Origin: Ottowia oryzae
GTDB taxonomy: Bacteria > Pseudomonadota > Gammaproteobacteria > Burkholderiales > Burkholderiaceae_C
Direction: 5' to 3'
Length of the DNA: 32,000 nucleotides
Assembly: GCF_003008535.1 (NCBI RefSeq)
Contig: NZ_CP027666.1
Span: 3,375,989-3,407,988, forward strand
The position numbers and the translations under genes are program-made. This document shows, one piece after another, positions 19,401 to 26,288 of the stretch. Positions within the stretch are counted from its first letter, which is position 1, and each line of letters starts with the position of its first letter. The notes under the pieces are model-generated. The model made no database searches, was not told the DNA's origin, and saw only the letters and a list, made by a program, of their open reading frames with translations.

Positions 19401-19477
19401 AGCAAGAGAAAAAGCGTGTGGCCGACTTTGGCGATGCGCTGGAGAAGTTGAAGGCGCAGCGCCGGCGCCTGGGCTGA
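16427..19477 (+). CDS. valS: valine--tRNA ligase
   Basis: 1016 aa with [15 protein letters not shown] (HIGH), KMSKSEGN (KMSKS) and a C-terminal coiled coil ...[36 protein letters not shown]. It is collinear with E. coli ValRS as I remember it, apart from two inserts. Confidence 0.97.
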   Translation: MSDQPAQPGLESLSKSFEPTAIEAFWGPEWERRGYGRAGVRGTGQPDAAAAARGDNFCIQLPPPNVTGTLHMGHAFNQTIMDTLTRYHRMRGFNTLWVPGTDHAGIATQIVVERQLQEQQGQSRYDLGRKNFVARVWEWKQQSGDTITRQMRRMGDSVDWGHEYFTMDDNLSKVVTDTFVRLYEQGLIYRGKRLVNWDPALKSAVSDLEVVSEEEDGFLWHIAYPLVDPDGSLKAAGAPASLVVATTRPETMLGDVAVMVHPEDERYQALIGKHVTLPLVGREIPVIADDYVDREFGTGVVKVTPAHDANDYAVGQRHKLPMIGVLNLDATINDQSPEKYRGMDRFVARKAIVADLDAQGALVDTKKHKLMVPRCERTGQIIEPMLTDQWFVAMTKVSPQDPTGKSIAQKAIDAVASGQVRFVPENWVNTYNQWMNNIQDWTISRQLWWGHQIPAWYGEDGSIFVANNEEEASAKAQKAGYTGTLTRDPDVLDTWYSSALVPFSSLGWPQQETPTLPAARGSLPPEGAAAPSGGRAAQLSDMALYLPSSVLVTGHDIIFFWVARMIMMTTHFTGKVPFRDVYIHGLVLDAHGKKMSKSEGNVLDPVDLIDGIALDPLLAKRTTGLRRPETAPKVRENTKKEFPEGIPGYGADALRFTFAAMATLGRTINFDSKRCEGYRNFCNKLWNASRFVLMNCEGHDCGNNAPTLPASRGSLPPEGAGPALGRPGTGAEGDTAPERSAADRWIVSRLQKAEAAVAKAFEDYRLDLAANAIYDFVWNEFCDWYLEIAKVQIQTGSPEQQRATRRTLVRVLEAILRLAHPIIPFVTEALWQAVAPVAGKSGASIMVAAYPQSQAANIDEAAEAEIARLKALVDACRTLRGEMNVSPAQRLPLYATGDEAFLRTMGPTLQALAKLSEVRLFADEAQWAEAAGAAPVAVVGDARLALFMEIDVAAEQQRLDKEIKRLEGEIAKANAKLGNEAFVAKAPPQVIEQEKKRVADFGDALEKLKAQRRRLG
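17964..18030 (+). repeat. GC-rich palindromic element, copy 1, in frame inside valS
   Basis: CCCCCACGCTCCCCGCTGCGCGTGGTTCGCTGCCCCCCGAGGGGGCTG is identical at 47/48 positions to 18540-18587. It contains the inverted repeats CCACGC/GCGTGG and GCCCCC/GGGGGC. Confidence 0.8.
18540..18606 (+). repeat. GC-rich palindromic element, copy 2, in frame inside valS
   Basis: CCCCCACGCTCCCCGCTTCGCGTGGTTCGCTGCCCCCCGAGGGGGCTG, in the same codon phase as copy 1. Weaker similarity continues for ~18 more nt (..CGCCTT(C/G)GGGCGGCC). Confidence 0.8.
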
Positions 19478-19560
19478 CGCCAGCGCGCCTGGGCCAACCG
19501 GTCCAGGACAAAGCCCCGATCAGCGCGCCGGGCCGCCTGCCTGGCGCGCGGCCCGCTGGT

Positions 19561-20541
19561 TCAGGCGAACGGCATGGGCTCGCTGTCCAGCAGTCCGCCG
19601 GGGCCCCGCGCCTCGCTCATCATCAGGGTTTCGTGGATTCGATCCACCAGGTACCAGCTGCCACGCAGCTGCGATTCGTTCGTATAGGGCGCCAGGCGCG
19701 GCGTCACGCAGACGTTATCCAGGCCTTGCAGAGGCGAATCGGGCGCGTAGATTTCTTCGTCGTCGCTGTCCATCAGCATCGCCCTGATGCGGCCGTTGCG
19801 CAGCACTTCGGACAAGGCGTCCAGATCGAACAGCGCGGCGCGGCTGATGGAAGTCCACAGCTGGCCGGGCTTGCATGAAGACAGGATGCGTTCGCCCAGC
19901 AAACCACGGTAACGGCTGGCGTAGATCATCTGCACGGAAACGGCGTCGGCCACTTCCAGCATTTCATTCAGGCTCATCGGCTGCACGCCCAGGCGGCGCC
20001 ACAGCTCGGCGTTGCGGTGCACGGCCGGGTCGTAACCCACCACGCGCACGCCCAGGGGCACCAGCATCGTCGCCAGTACGTGCGCCACCGGTGCCAGGCC
20101 CAGCAAGGCCACCACGCTGTCGTTGATCTCTCGCCCAGGCGCCGGCCGCACGGCCGCCGCGCGATCGCGGGCGCCAGCGCAGGCGCCATGCACACCCGAG
20201 CGAAACAGCGTCAAGATGGTGGACAGCAAGTATTCGGCGCTGGCGCGGACCGTGGCGCTGGACGCCTGAATCATGCGCACGCGGCGCTTCTGGCAGGCCT
20301 CGAAATCGACGTTGTCGGTGCCGTCGTGAATGCGGGCGATGGCCACCAGCTGCGGGGCCATGTCCAGCAAGGCGCTATTGACCTTGAAGCGCGAGGGCAC
20401 GACCAGCGCGTCGACCTCGCCCAGGCGCGCAGCCAGGGCCTCGGGGTTGTCTGCAAGCTCTGGCAGATAATCCACCGTATGCCGGGATGCAAGCCATTGG
20501 CGGGCGTCGGAGGCAAGATCCTCCAGCAGGAGAATGTGCAC
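19561..20541 (-). CDS. D-isomer-specific 2-hydroxyacid dehydrogenase family protein (possibly non-catalytic)
   Basis: The overall pattern fits the family: MHILLLEDL...VDALVVPSRFKVNSALLDMAPQLVAIARIHDGTDNVDFEAC. The NAD domain has VVALLGLAPVAHVLA...VVGYDP, and the C-terminal part reads ...ISRAALFDLDAL...VCVTPRLAPYTNES. Confidence 0.65.
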   Translation of the reverse strand: MHILLLEDLASDARQWLASRHTVDYLPELADNPEALAARLGEVDALVVPSRFKVNSALLDMAPQLVAIARIHDGTDNVDFEACQKRRVRMIQASSATVRASAEYLLSTILTLFRSGVHGACAGARDRAAAVRPAPGREINDSVVALLGLAPVAHVLATMLVPLGVRVVGYDPAVHRNAELWRRLGVQPMSLNEMLEVADAVSVQMIYASRYRGLLGERILSSCKPGQLWTSISRAALFDLDALSEVLRNGRIRAMLMDSDDEEIYAPDSPLQGLDNVCVTPRLAPYTNESQLRGSWYLVDRIHETLMMSEARGPGGLLDSEPMPFA

Positions 20542-20626
20542 GCGTTCCTCAGTGATGTCGAATGATGCGGCCCGACATTCTGGCAGCTTGTTGGGGCAGT
20601 CACTGTAGCATTTGTATTAAAAATTC

Positions 20627-21514
20627 ATGCCTAAGCCCTACCAGGTCGATGTCGCCGTTTTTCCCGTCGCAGGGCTCGGCACGCGCTTTCTACCGGCCAC
20701 CAAGGCCAGCCCCAAAGAGATGCTGCCGGTGGTGGACAAGCCACTCATCCAATACGCGGTGGAAGAGGCCTACGCGGCCGGCGTGCGGCACATGGTGTTT
20801 GTCACAGGGCGCAGCAAGCGCGCCATCGAAGACCACTTCGACACCGCCTACGAGCTGGAAAGCGAGCTGGAAGCCGCTGGCAAATCCGCCCTGCTGAACA
20901 CCGTTCAGGCCGTGCAGCCTGCCGACATGGTGTGCACCTACGTGCGCCAGCCGCGCTCATTGGGGTTGGGGCACGCCGTGCTGTGCGCCGCGCACATCGT
21001 GGGCCAGCACCCGTTTGCGGTGCTGCTGGCGGATGACCTGATGGTCGGCCCGGCCAATGGCCTGCCGGTGCTGGCGCAAATGACCCGCGCTTACGAATCG
21101 CTGGGCCGTTCGGTACTGGCCGTGCAAGAGGTGCCGACCGACCAGGTCAGCCGCTACGGGATCGTGGCCGGCTCGCCTGCGGGCGAGCGGCTGATGAGCA
21201 TCGAGCGCATCGTCGAAAAACCCTCGCCTGCCGAAGCGCCTTCGCGCATGGGTGTTGCCGGGCGCTACATCCTCACCCCGCGCATCTTCGACGAACTGCG
21301 CGACCAGCCGCCCGGCGCTGGCGGCGAGATTCAGCTGACCGACGCCATCGCGCGCCTGATGGCCAAAGAGCGCGTTTACGCTTACCAGTACGAGGGCAAG
21401 CGCTACGATTGCGGTAGCAAAGAGGGCTTTCTGCAAGCCACGGTGGAACTGGCCCTGCAACACCCGCAGATGGGTGCGTCGTTCTGCGAATACCTGAAGT
21501 CCCTGGCACTCTGA
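20627..21514 (+). CDS. galU: UTP--glucose-1-phosphate uridylyltransferase
   Basis: [39 protein letters not shown]...[10 protein letters not shown]...LLADDL is the classic GalU signature. 295 aa. Confidence 0.95.
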   Translation: MPKPYQVDVAVFPVAGLGTRFLPATKASPKEMLPVVDKPLIQYAVEEAYAAGVRHMVFVTGRSKRAIEDHFDTAYELESELEAAGKSALLNTVQAVQPADMVCTYVRQPRSLGLGHAVLCAAHIVGQHPFAVLLADDLMVGPANGLPVLAQMTRAYESLGRSVLAVQEVPTDQVSRYGIVAGSPAGERLMSIERIVEKPSPAEAPSRMGVAGRYILTPRIFDELRDQPPGAGGEIQLTDAIARLMAKERVYAYQYEGKRYDCGSKEGFLQATVELALQHPQMGASFCEYLKSLAL

Positions 21515-21570
21515 TATTCATAGCTGCCAGCGCTTTTCCATCAAGCGCCAGAGGCCGATTTAACAAAAAA
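21514..21570 (+). repeat. REP-like repeat, copy E
   Basis: ATATTCATAGCTGCCAGCGCTTTTCCATCAAGCGCCAGAGGCCGATTTAACAAAAAA, immediately after the galU stop. Confidence 0.75.
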
Positions 21571-21579
21571 CTTCTGCAT

Positions 21580-21596
21580 GCGACACAGTTTGTCGC
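21580..21596. promoter_or_regulatory. inverted repeat just upstream of the SIR2-gene start (candidate operator or RNA hairpin)
   Basis: GCGACA-CAGTT-TGTCGC, ending 10 nt before the ATG at 21607. Confidence 0.25.
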
Positions 21597-21606
21597 TGCC
21601 CGGCCG

Positions 21607-22668
21607 ATGATGGCGGCCATGACCACCGAGACACCCTTCGAGGGCCGCGACGACCCGCTGTACCTGCGCGCGCGCCAGCTCGTGCTTTTCCGCCGCGCCC
21701 CCGGCATCGCCACGCTGCAACGCGCCCTGCGCATCGGCCACCAGCACGCCACCCGCCTGCGCGACGCCATGCGCGGCGACATCCTGAACTGCGACGAACA
21801 GGGTCACGGCTGGCACATCGCCGAAGGGGCCGGTGAAGGGCCCGACCTGCTGCTGCAAGACAAGCTCGCCCAGGCCGCCCACTGGATCAGCACCGCGCAA
21901 GCCATGGTCGTGGCCGCGGGCGCTGGCATGGGCATCGACTCCGGCCTGCGGTTTGGCAACATGGGCTCACCCGAGGCGTTCCAGCAGCGCCCCGCCGCTG
22001 TCTGGGGCGTCTACGGCCACCAGCTCAACCTGTACCGCGCCGCCACGCCCCACGCCGGGTTCGGCCTGCTCCACGCCTGGGGGCAGCGCATGCAGCAGGG
22101 CTGCTTCGTGTTCACCAGCAATATCGATGGGCACTTCCAGAAGGCGGGCTTCACGCCCGCCCGCGTGTACGAATGCCGCGGCTCCATCCACCGGCTGCAA
22201 TGCGCGGACAACTGCAAAGGCCCTATCTGGTCCACGACAGACCTGCGCCCGCAGGTGGATGAGGCCGCGTGCGAATGGCGGGGCGAGTTGCCAACCTGCC
22301 CCCGCTGCGGCGCGCTGGCGCGGCCCAACATCCTCATGGCCGACGACTGGCAATGGAATGCAACGCGCAGCGCCCAGCAGCGCATGCTGCTCGACATGTG
22401 GCTGGACAGCGTCCAGGCCCCGCTGGTGCTGGAGATCGGCGCGGGCCGCGCCGTGCCCACGGTGCGCAACTTCACCCGGCGCATGCAGTTGCGCGGCAGC
22501 CGGCTGATCCGCATCAACCTGCACGAGGCGAACATCCACAACCCCAGGGACATTGAACTGGCGCTGGGGGCAAAGCAAGCGCTGCAAGCCCTGGAGGCGC
22601 ACCTGGTCAGCCAGGGCTCGACGAATCACAGCAAGGAAAAAGCAGATGGCGATGCACCCAGAATTTGA
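21607..22668 (+). CDS. FtsK-gamma-like winged-helix domain fused to a SIR2 (sirtuin) family domain
   Basis: The N-terminus DPLYLRARQLVLFRRAPGIATLQRALRIGHQHATRLRDAMRGDIL parallels E. coli FtsK-gamma DPLFDQAVQFV...ASISGVQRQFRIGYNRAARIIEQM. The SIR2 motifs are VVAAGAGMGIDSGL, FVFTSNIDGHFQKAG, a Zn ribbon QCADNC...CPRCG, RPNILMADD and LVLEIGAG. Confidence 0.7.
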   Translation: MMAAMTTETPFEGRDDPLYLRARQLVLFRRAPGIATLQRALRIGHQHATRLRDAMRGDILNCDEQGHGWHIAEGAGEGPDLLLQDKLAQAAHWISTAQAMVVAAGAGMGIDSGLRFGNMGSPEAFQQRPAAVWGVYGHQLNLYRAATPHAGFGLLHAWGQRMQQGCFVFTSNIDGHFQKAGFTPARVYECRGSIHRLQCADNCKGPIWSTTDLRPQVDEAACEWRGELPTCPRCGALARPNILMADDWQWNATRSAQQRMLLDMWLDSVQAPLVLEIGAGRAVPTVRNFTRRMQLRGSRLIRINLHEANIHNPRDIELALGAKQALQALEAHLVSQGSTNHSKEKADGDAPRI

Positions 22669-23383
22669 AACATGGGCCCAGTCCTATGCAGGCTGCGACG
22701 GCGGCGACATCGGCAGCCCCGAGCGGCGCGCCATCTGGCTGTGCGGCATCGAGTGGGGCGGCGCCCGCACCGCCGGGCAACTGCAGGCCGAAATGCAGCG
22801 CGGCGAACCCCGCCCGCGCGGGGGCTACGGCAATGCGTCGGACAACCTGGGCTACATCTTCAACCGGCAGGCCATGAAGATACTGTCTGCCATCCATGGC
22901 ACCCAGGTGTCTGGATACCGCGATTTCTGCGAACAGGCAAAACCCTTCACCCAAGGCTCGTCAGGGTATTTCAAGATGAACCTGTACCCCATCGCCTTCA
23001 AGGACACGAACCAGGCCCGGTGGCATGCAGATTTCGCGCAAGCGACCGGGTTTGAAGAGAAGTCCGGCTACATCGAATGGTGCAGACAACTCCGTTTCCC
23101 CCAGATGCGCCAATGGGCCGCAGCGGCGCGGCCCAAGCTGATTCTGTGCCTTGGCAAGAGCTACCGCGACGATTTTCACAAGGCGTTTTGCGACGAAAAC
23201 ACCCGCTTGACCCACGACCCCCCCATCGACGGCCGCGACCTGTGGTGGGGCGTCAACCGTGACGGCATCCTGGTCGCCATCATCCCTTTCATGGTCAACC
23301 GCCATGGTCTGACCCGCAACGAGAGCATCCAGAAATTCGGCGACCGGATCGCCCAACTGATGGAGCAGCATGGCTGCCGGTAA
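22646..23383 (+). CDS. hypothetical protein (245 aa) with weak UDG/MUG-superfamily-like motifs
   Basis: The ATG is preceded by AAGGA at ~8 nt and overlaps the SIR2 gene by 23 nt. The frame has a good coding signal but uses several rare A/T-ending codons (ATA, AGA, TCT, CGT). Motifs are IWLCGIEWGG, KLILCLGKS and IIPFMVNRHGLTR. Confidence 0.6.
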   Translation: MAMHPEFETWAQSYAGCDGGDIGSPERRAIWLCGIEWGGARTAGQLQAEMQRGEPRPRGGYGNASDNLGYIFNRQAMKILSAIHGTQVSGYRDFCEQAKPFTQGSSGYFKMNLYPIAFKDTNQARWHADFAQATGFEEKSGYIEWCRQLRFPQMRQWAAAARPKLILCLGKSYRDDFHKAFCDENTRLTHDPPIDGRDLWWGVNRDGILVAIIPFMVNRHGLTRNESIQKFGDRIAQLMEQHGCR

Positions 23384-24230
23384 AAGCAGCCTGCGCATCA
23401 CGGCCTTCCAGCAGGCCATGCACCCTGCCGCGCTGCGCCATGCCCGCCCGGCGCCGCAGCAGGACGCGCTGGCGCTCCATACGCTGGACGAGCGCCACGT
23501 CCGGCAAGCGCCACTGGGCCGATGGGCCTGCGCCGCGCCCGGCGGCGTGGCGTGGGTGTCCGTGGCCGATGGCGTGGCGTCCAGCCCCTGCGCCGACCTG
23601 GCCAGCCGCAGCTTTTTGCAGGTGCTGCACCGCGCCAGCCCGGCCGCCGCCCGGCAACTGCCGGGCCTGGTGCGCCATGCGCGGCTCGACTGGCGCGCCC
23701 GCTACCTGAAGCCCCGCACCCGTGGCGCGGCCTGCACGCTGGCGAGCCTGCTGGTGGCCGACGGGCAGGTGTGCGCCGTCAACAGCGGCGATGCGCGCAT
23801 CTGGCGCCTGCGCCCACAGGCCGATGGCAGCGTGCAATGGCGGCAGCTCAGCCGCGACCATACGGCGTGGCAGCAGATGCTGGACGACGGCGAAGCGGAT
23901 GCCGCCCAGGCGGACGCCTACGCTTCGATCTACCAGGGCCTGCTGCACTGCCTGGTGCTGGACGCCGACGACGATCTGGACGAAGACGCCGACGAAAGCG
24001 CCGCACAGGAGGACGACTGGCTGCACATCTGGCACGGGCAGGCCGCGCTGGGCGATGCCTATCTGCTGGCCACCGATGGCCTGCACGGCGTGCTGACCGA
24101 TGCGCAGATGCAGGCCCTCTGGCAGGTGGCCGACGCGCCGCCAGGCAAGTTGCAGGCACTGCACGACGCGTACCGGCGGGCCGGGGCACAGGATGACGTC
24201 TCGGTGGTTCTGCTGGACATTGGTGCATAG
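23370..24230 (+). CDS. PP2C-family (PPM) serine/threonine protein phosphatase
   Basis: PPM motifs appear in order: VSVADGVASS, ACTLASLLVADGQVCAVNSGDARIW, LSRDHT, YLLATDGLHGVLTD, AQDDVSVVLLDI. GGAG lies 7 nt upstream of the ATG. The start overlaps the previous gene by 14 nt. Confidence 0.75.
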   Translation: MAAGKSSLRITAFQQAMHPAALRHARPAPQQDALALHTLDERHVRQAPLGRWACAAPGGVAWVSVADGVASSPCADLASRSFLQVLHRASPAAARQLPGLVRHARLDWRARYLKPRTRGAACTLASLLVADGQVCAVNSGDARIWRLRPQADGSVQWRQLSRDHTAWQQMLDDGEADAAQADAYASIYQGLLHCLVLDADDDLDEDADESAAQEDDWLHIWHGQAALGDAYLLATDGLHGVLTDAQMQALWQVADAPPGKLQALHDAYRRAGAQDDVSVVLLDIGA

Positions 24231-24244
24231 CGCTGCCGCATCGA

Positions 24245-24300
24245 ATTTGATAGCTGCCGACGCTTTCCAGACAAGGGATACAGCCTTAATTTGCTTGAAG
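24245..24300 (+). repeat. REP-like repeat, copy F (degenerate)
   Basis: ATTTGATAGCTGCCGACGCTTTCCAGACAAGGGATACAGCCTTAATTTGCTTGAAG, in the 151-bp gap between the PP2C and WYL genes. Confidence 0.6.
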
Positions 24301-24381
24301 CCATCCTGGCGCAACCATGCGGAAGATGACACCCCATGACACCCGGAGAATCCCCTGCCCAGCCCGTGCGAGACTGAAGCG

Positions 24382-25383
24382 ATGCCCCAACGCCCCGACA
24401 CCCTCGAAAGCGTCCTGCTCGCCGTGGAACTGCTGCGCCGCATCCCGCGCGGGCGCAAGATCACCGCCGCCGAACTGCACCGGCAACTCAAGGACGCGGG
24501 CATGGAGCGTACCGAGCGCACCATCCAGCGCCAGTTGGAAATGCTCTCGCGCCATTTCGAGATTGAGCGCGACGAGCGCAGCAAGCCCTACGGCTACCGC
24601 TGGCTGGAGCGCGCCCAACACCTGGCCGTGCCCCACCTCACGCCGCACGAATCGCTGCTGCTGCAACTGGCCGAGGAGCACCTGAAACACCTGCTGCCCA
24701 CGCGGCTGATGCAGTCCATGGACGGCTTCTTTGCCCAGGCCCGCCGCAATCTGGGCGACGATAGCCAGGGCCACAACGTGCGCCTGGCCCGTGAATGGCC
24801 GCGCAAGGTGCGCGTGGTTGCCACCAGCCAGCCGCTGCTGCCGCCCTCCATCGCCCCCGGCGTGCTGGAAGCCGTGAGCGACGCGCTGTACGGCAACCGC
24901 TGGCTGGAGCTGGACTACCAGAACGCCGCAGGCAAACGAAAGCCGGTCAAGGTCATGCCCCTGGGCCTGGCCCAGCAAGGCCCTCGCCTGTACCTGGTGT
25001 GCCGGTATGAGGGTTTTGGCAACGAACGCAGCCTGGCGCTGCACCGCGTCCGCAAGGCGCAGGCGTCCACGCTGGCTTTTGAGCGGCCTGCGGATTTCGA
25101 CTTGCAGAAGTACGACGACGACGGACGCTTTGGGTTTGGCGAAGGGGAGCGGGTGCAGCTCACGTTCTGCATTGAAAACGAGGCTGGCTTTCACCTGCGT
25201 GAAACGCCTTTGTCCCAGGACCAGCAGGTGCGCGATTGCGGAGATGGGTGGATGGAAGTCACCGCCACGGTCGTGGACAGCGCCATGCTGCAATGGTGGC
25301 TGCGGGGGTTTGGAGAGTCCGTGCGCGAGGTCAACAGCAAGCCAGCGCAGCCACTGCGCACCACGACGCTCCTAAACAAATAG
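24382..25383 (+). CDS. WYL domain-containing transcriptional regulator (HTH-WYL-WCX architecture, BrxR/CapW/PafBC-like)
   Basis: N-terminal wHTH LLAVELLRRIPRGRKITAAELHRQLKDAGMERTERTIQRQLEML. Central WYL-type segment NRWLELDYQNAAGKRKPVKVMPLGLAQQGPRLYLVCRYEGF...LALHRV. A C-terminal extension follows. Confidence 0.8.
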   Translation: MPQRPDTLESVLLAVELLRRIPRGRKITAAELHRQLKDAGMERTERTIQRQLEMLSRHFEIERDERSKPYGYRWLERAQHLAVPHLTPHESLLLQLAEEHLKHLLPTRLMQSMDGFFAQARRNLGDDSQGHNVRLAREWPRKVRVVATSQPLLPPSIAPGVLEAVSDALYGNRWLELDYQNAAGKRKPVKVMPLGLAQQGPRLYLVCRYEGFGNERSLALHRVRKAQASTLAFERPADFDLQKYDDDGRFGFGEGERVQLTFCIENEAGFHLRETPLSQDQQVRDCGDGWMEVTATVVDSAMLQWWLRGFGESVREVNSKPAQPLRTTTLLNK

Positions 25384-25430
25384 CTGCCAGCGCTTGCTAA
25401 ATAAGCACCAGCAGCCAGTTTGGCTTCAAC
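25378..25430 (+). repeat. REP-like repeat, copy G
   Basis: AAATAGCTGCCAGCGCTTGCTAAATAAGCACCAGCAGCCAGTTTGGCTTCAACC. The TAG of the core is the stop codon of the WYL gene. Confidence 0.7.
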
Positions 25431-25431
25431 C

Positions 25432-25659
25432 TCAACGCCGCCGCAGCACGTGCGTGTATTCGTCGCCCGCGCTCTGCTGCTCGACCAGGCCGTGGCCGGT
25501 TTGCTTGCAAAAGGCCTGAAAGTCGCGCACCGACCCCGGATCGGTGCACACCACCTTCAGCAGCTGCCCGCTTTCGATCTCTGCCAGCGCCTTCTTGGCC
25601 TTGAGGATGGGCAGCGGGCAATTCATGCCGCGCGCATCCACTTCCTTTGCGATGTCCAT
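25432..25659 (-). CDS. sulfurtransferase TusA family protein
   Basis: 75 aa. MDIAKEVDARGMNCPLPILKAKKALAEIESGQLLKVVCTDPGSVRDF contains the CPxP active-site motif of the TusA/SirA family. It uses only the 3' part of the listed 25432..25857 ORF. Confidence 0.85.
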   Translation of the reverse strand: MDIAKEVDARGMNCPLPILKAKKALAEIESGQLLKVVCTDPGSVRDFQAFCKQTGHGLVEQQSAGDEYTHVLRRR

Positions 25660-25673
25660 GGGGCGATTGTCGA

Positions 25674-26222
25674 TCAATCCAGCCCGCGGCGCCGCTCGGC
25701 GTTTTCTTCCTCGGTGAAGAACACCGGCTCGTGCCCGCGCGTGCGCAGCCAGTCGGCCAACGCATAGCCTGTGCCCGCGGGCCAGCACTTGAGTTCGTCC
25801 AGCGCGCAAAGGCGCCAATCCACCAACTCGGGCGACAGGCGCACATCGCCTTCGCACACGGCGTGGTAGGCGATGATGACTTGGTTCATGCGCAGGAATT
25901 CGTATGCGCCCACCAGCTTCAAGCCGCGCACATCCAGGTTGGTTTCTTCCTTGACTTCGCGCGCCACGCCTTCCAGCGGCGATTCACCCGCCTCCATGAA
26001 GCCGGTGATCAAGCCAAACATCTTGGGCGGCCACGCCGCGTTGCGCGCCAACAGCACCTTGCCTTGGTATTCGACGATGGCCGCCAGCACCGGCGTGGGG
26101 TTGTTCCAGTGCGTGAAGCCGCAGGCCGGGCAGCGCAGCCGCTCTTTCCAGCCGCCGTCTTCCAGGGAGGGCAGCAGCTCCAGCGGCGTGGCGCATTGCG
26201 GGCAGAAGCGGAATTCGTTCAT
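25674..26222 (-). CDS. NUDIX hydrolase with N-terminal zinc ribbon
   Basis: CPQC...CPAC zinc ribbon plus the NUDIX box GFMEAGESPLEGVAREVKEETNL. 182 aa. Confidence 0.85.
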   Translation of the reverse strand: MNEFRFCPQCATPLELLPSLEDGGWKERLRCPACGFTHWNNPTPVLAAIVEYQGKVLLARNAAWPPKMFGLITGFMEAGESPLEGVAREVKEETNLDVRGLKLVGAYEFLRMNQVIIAYHAVCEGDVRLSPELVDWRLCALDELKCWPAGTGYALADWLRTRGHEPVFFTEEENAERRRGLD

Positions 26223-26228
26223 GCTTTT

Positions 26229-26288
26229 ATTTTGATAGCTGCTTGCGCCCTACTGGCAAACGCCAGCGGCCGATTTGGATTGAATCAA
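26229..26288 (+). repeat. REP-like repeat, copy H
   Basis: ATTTTGATAGCTGCTTGCGCCCTACTGGCAAACGCCAGCGGCCGATTTGGATTGAATCAA, between the NUDIX start and the cysM stop, oriented against transcription. Confidence 0.65.

Noticed and set aside
16403-19497. Antisense ORFs across valS (16403..17380 -, 18068..19405 -, 18973..19497 -) and the +1/+2-frame ORF 17083..18357
   Set aside because: valS is unambiguous (HIGH and KMSKS motifs, full-length collinearity). The overlapping ORFs have low-complexity Arg/Gly/Ala composition.
22553-22645. Upstream extension of the middle module gene (ORF listed from 22553)
   Set aside because: The extension (MNWRWGQSKRCKPWRRTWSARARR...) lies entirely within the SIR2 gene in another frame and is highly basic. 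An ATG with an AAGGA ribosome-binding site at 22646 is a better start.
23295-25293. Antisense ORFs 23295..24584 - (429 aa) and 24286..25293 - (335 aa) across the PP2C and WYL genes
   Set aside because: The plus-strand frames carry ordered PP2C and HTH/WYL motifs. The minus-strand translations are Arg/Gly/Ala-rich with no motifs. They are shadow ORFs of a GC-rich region.
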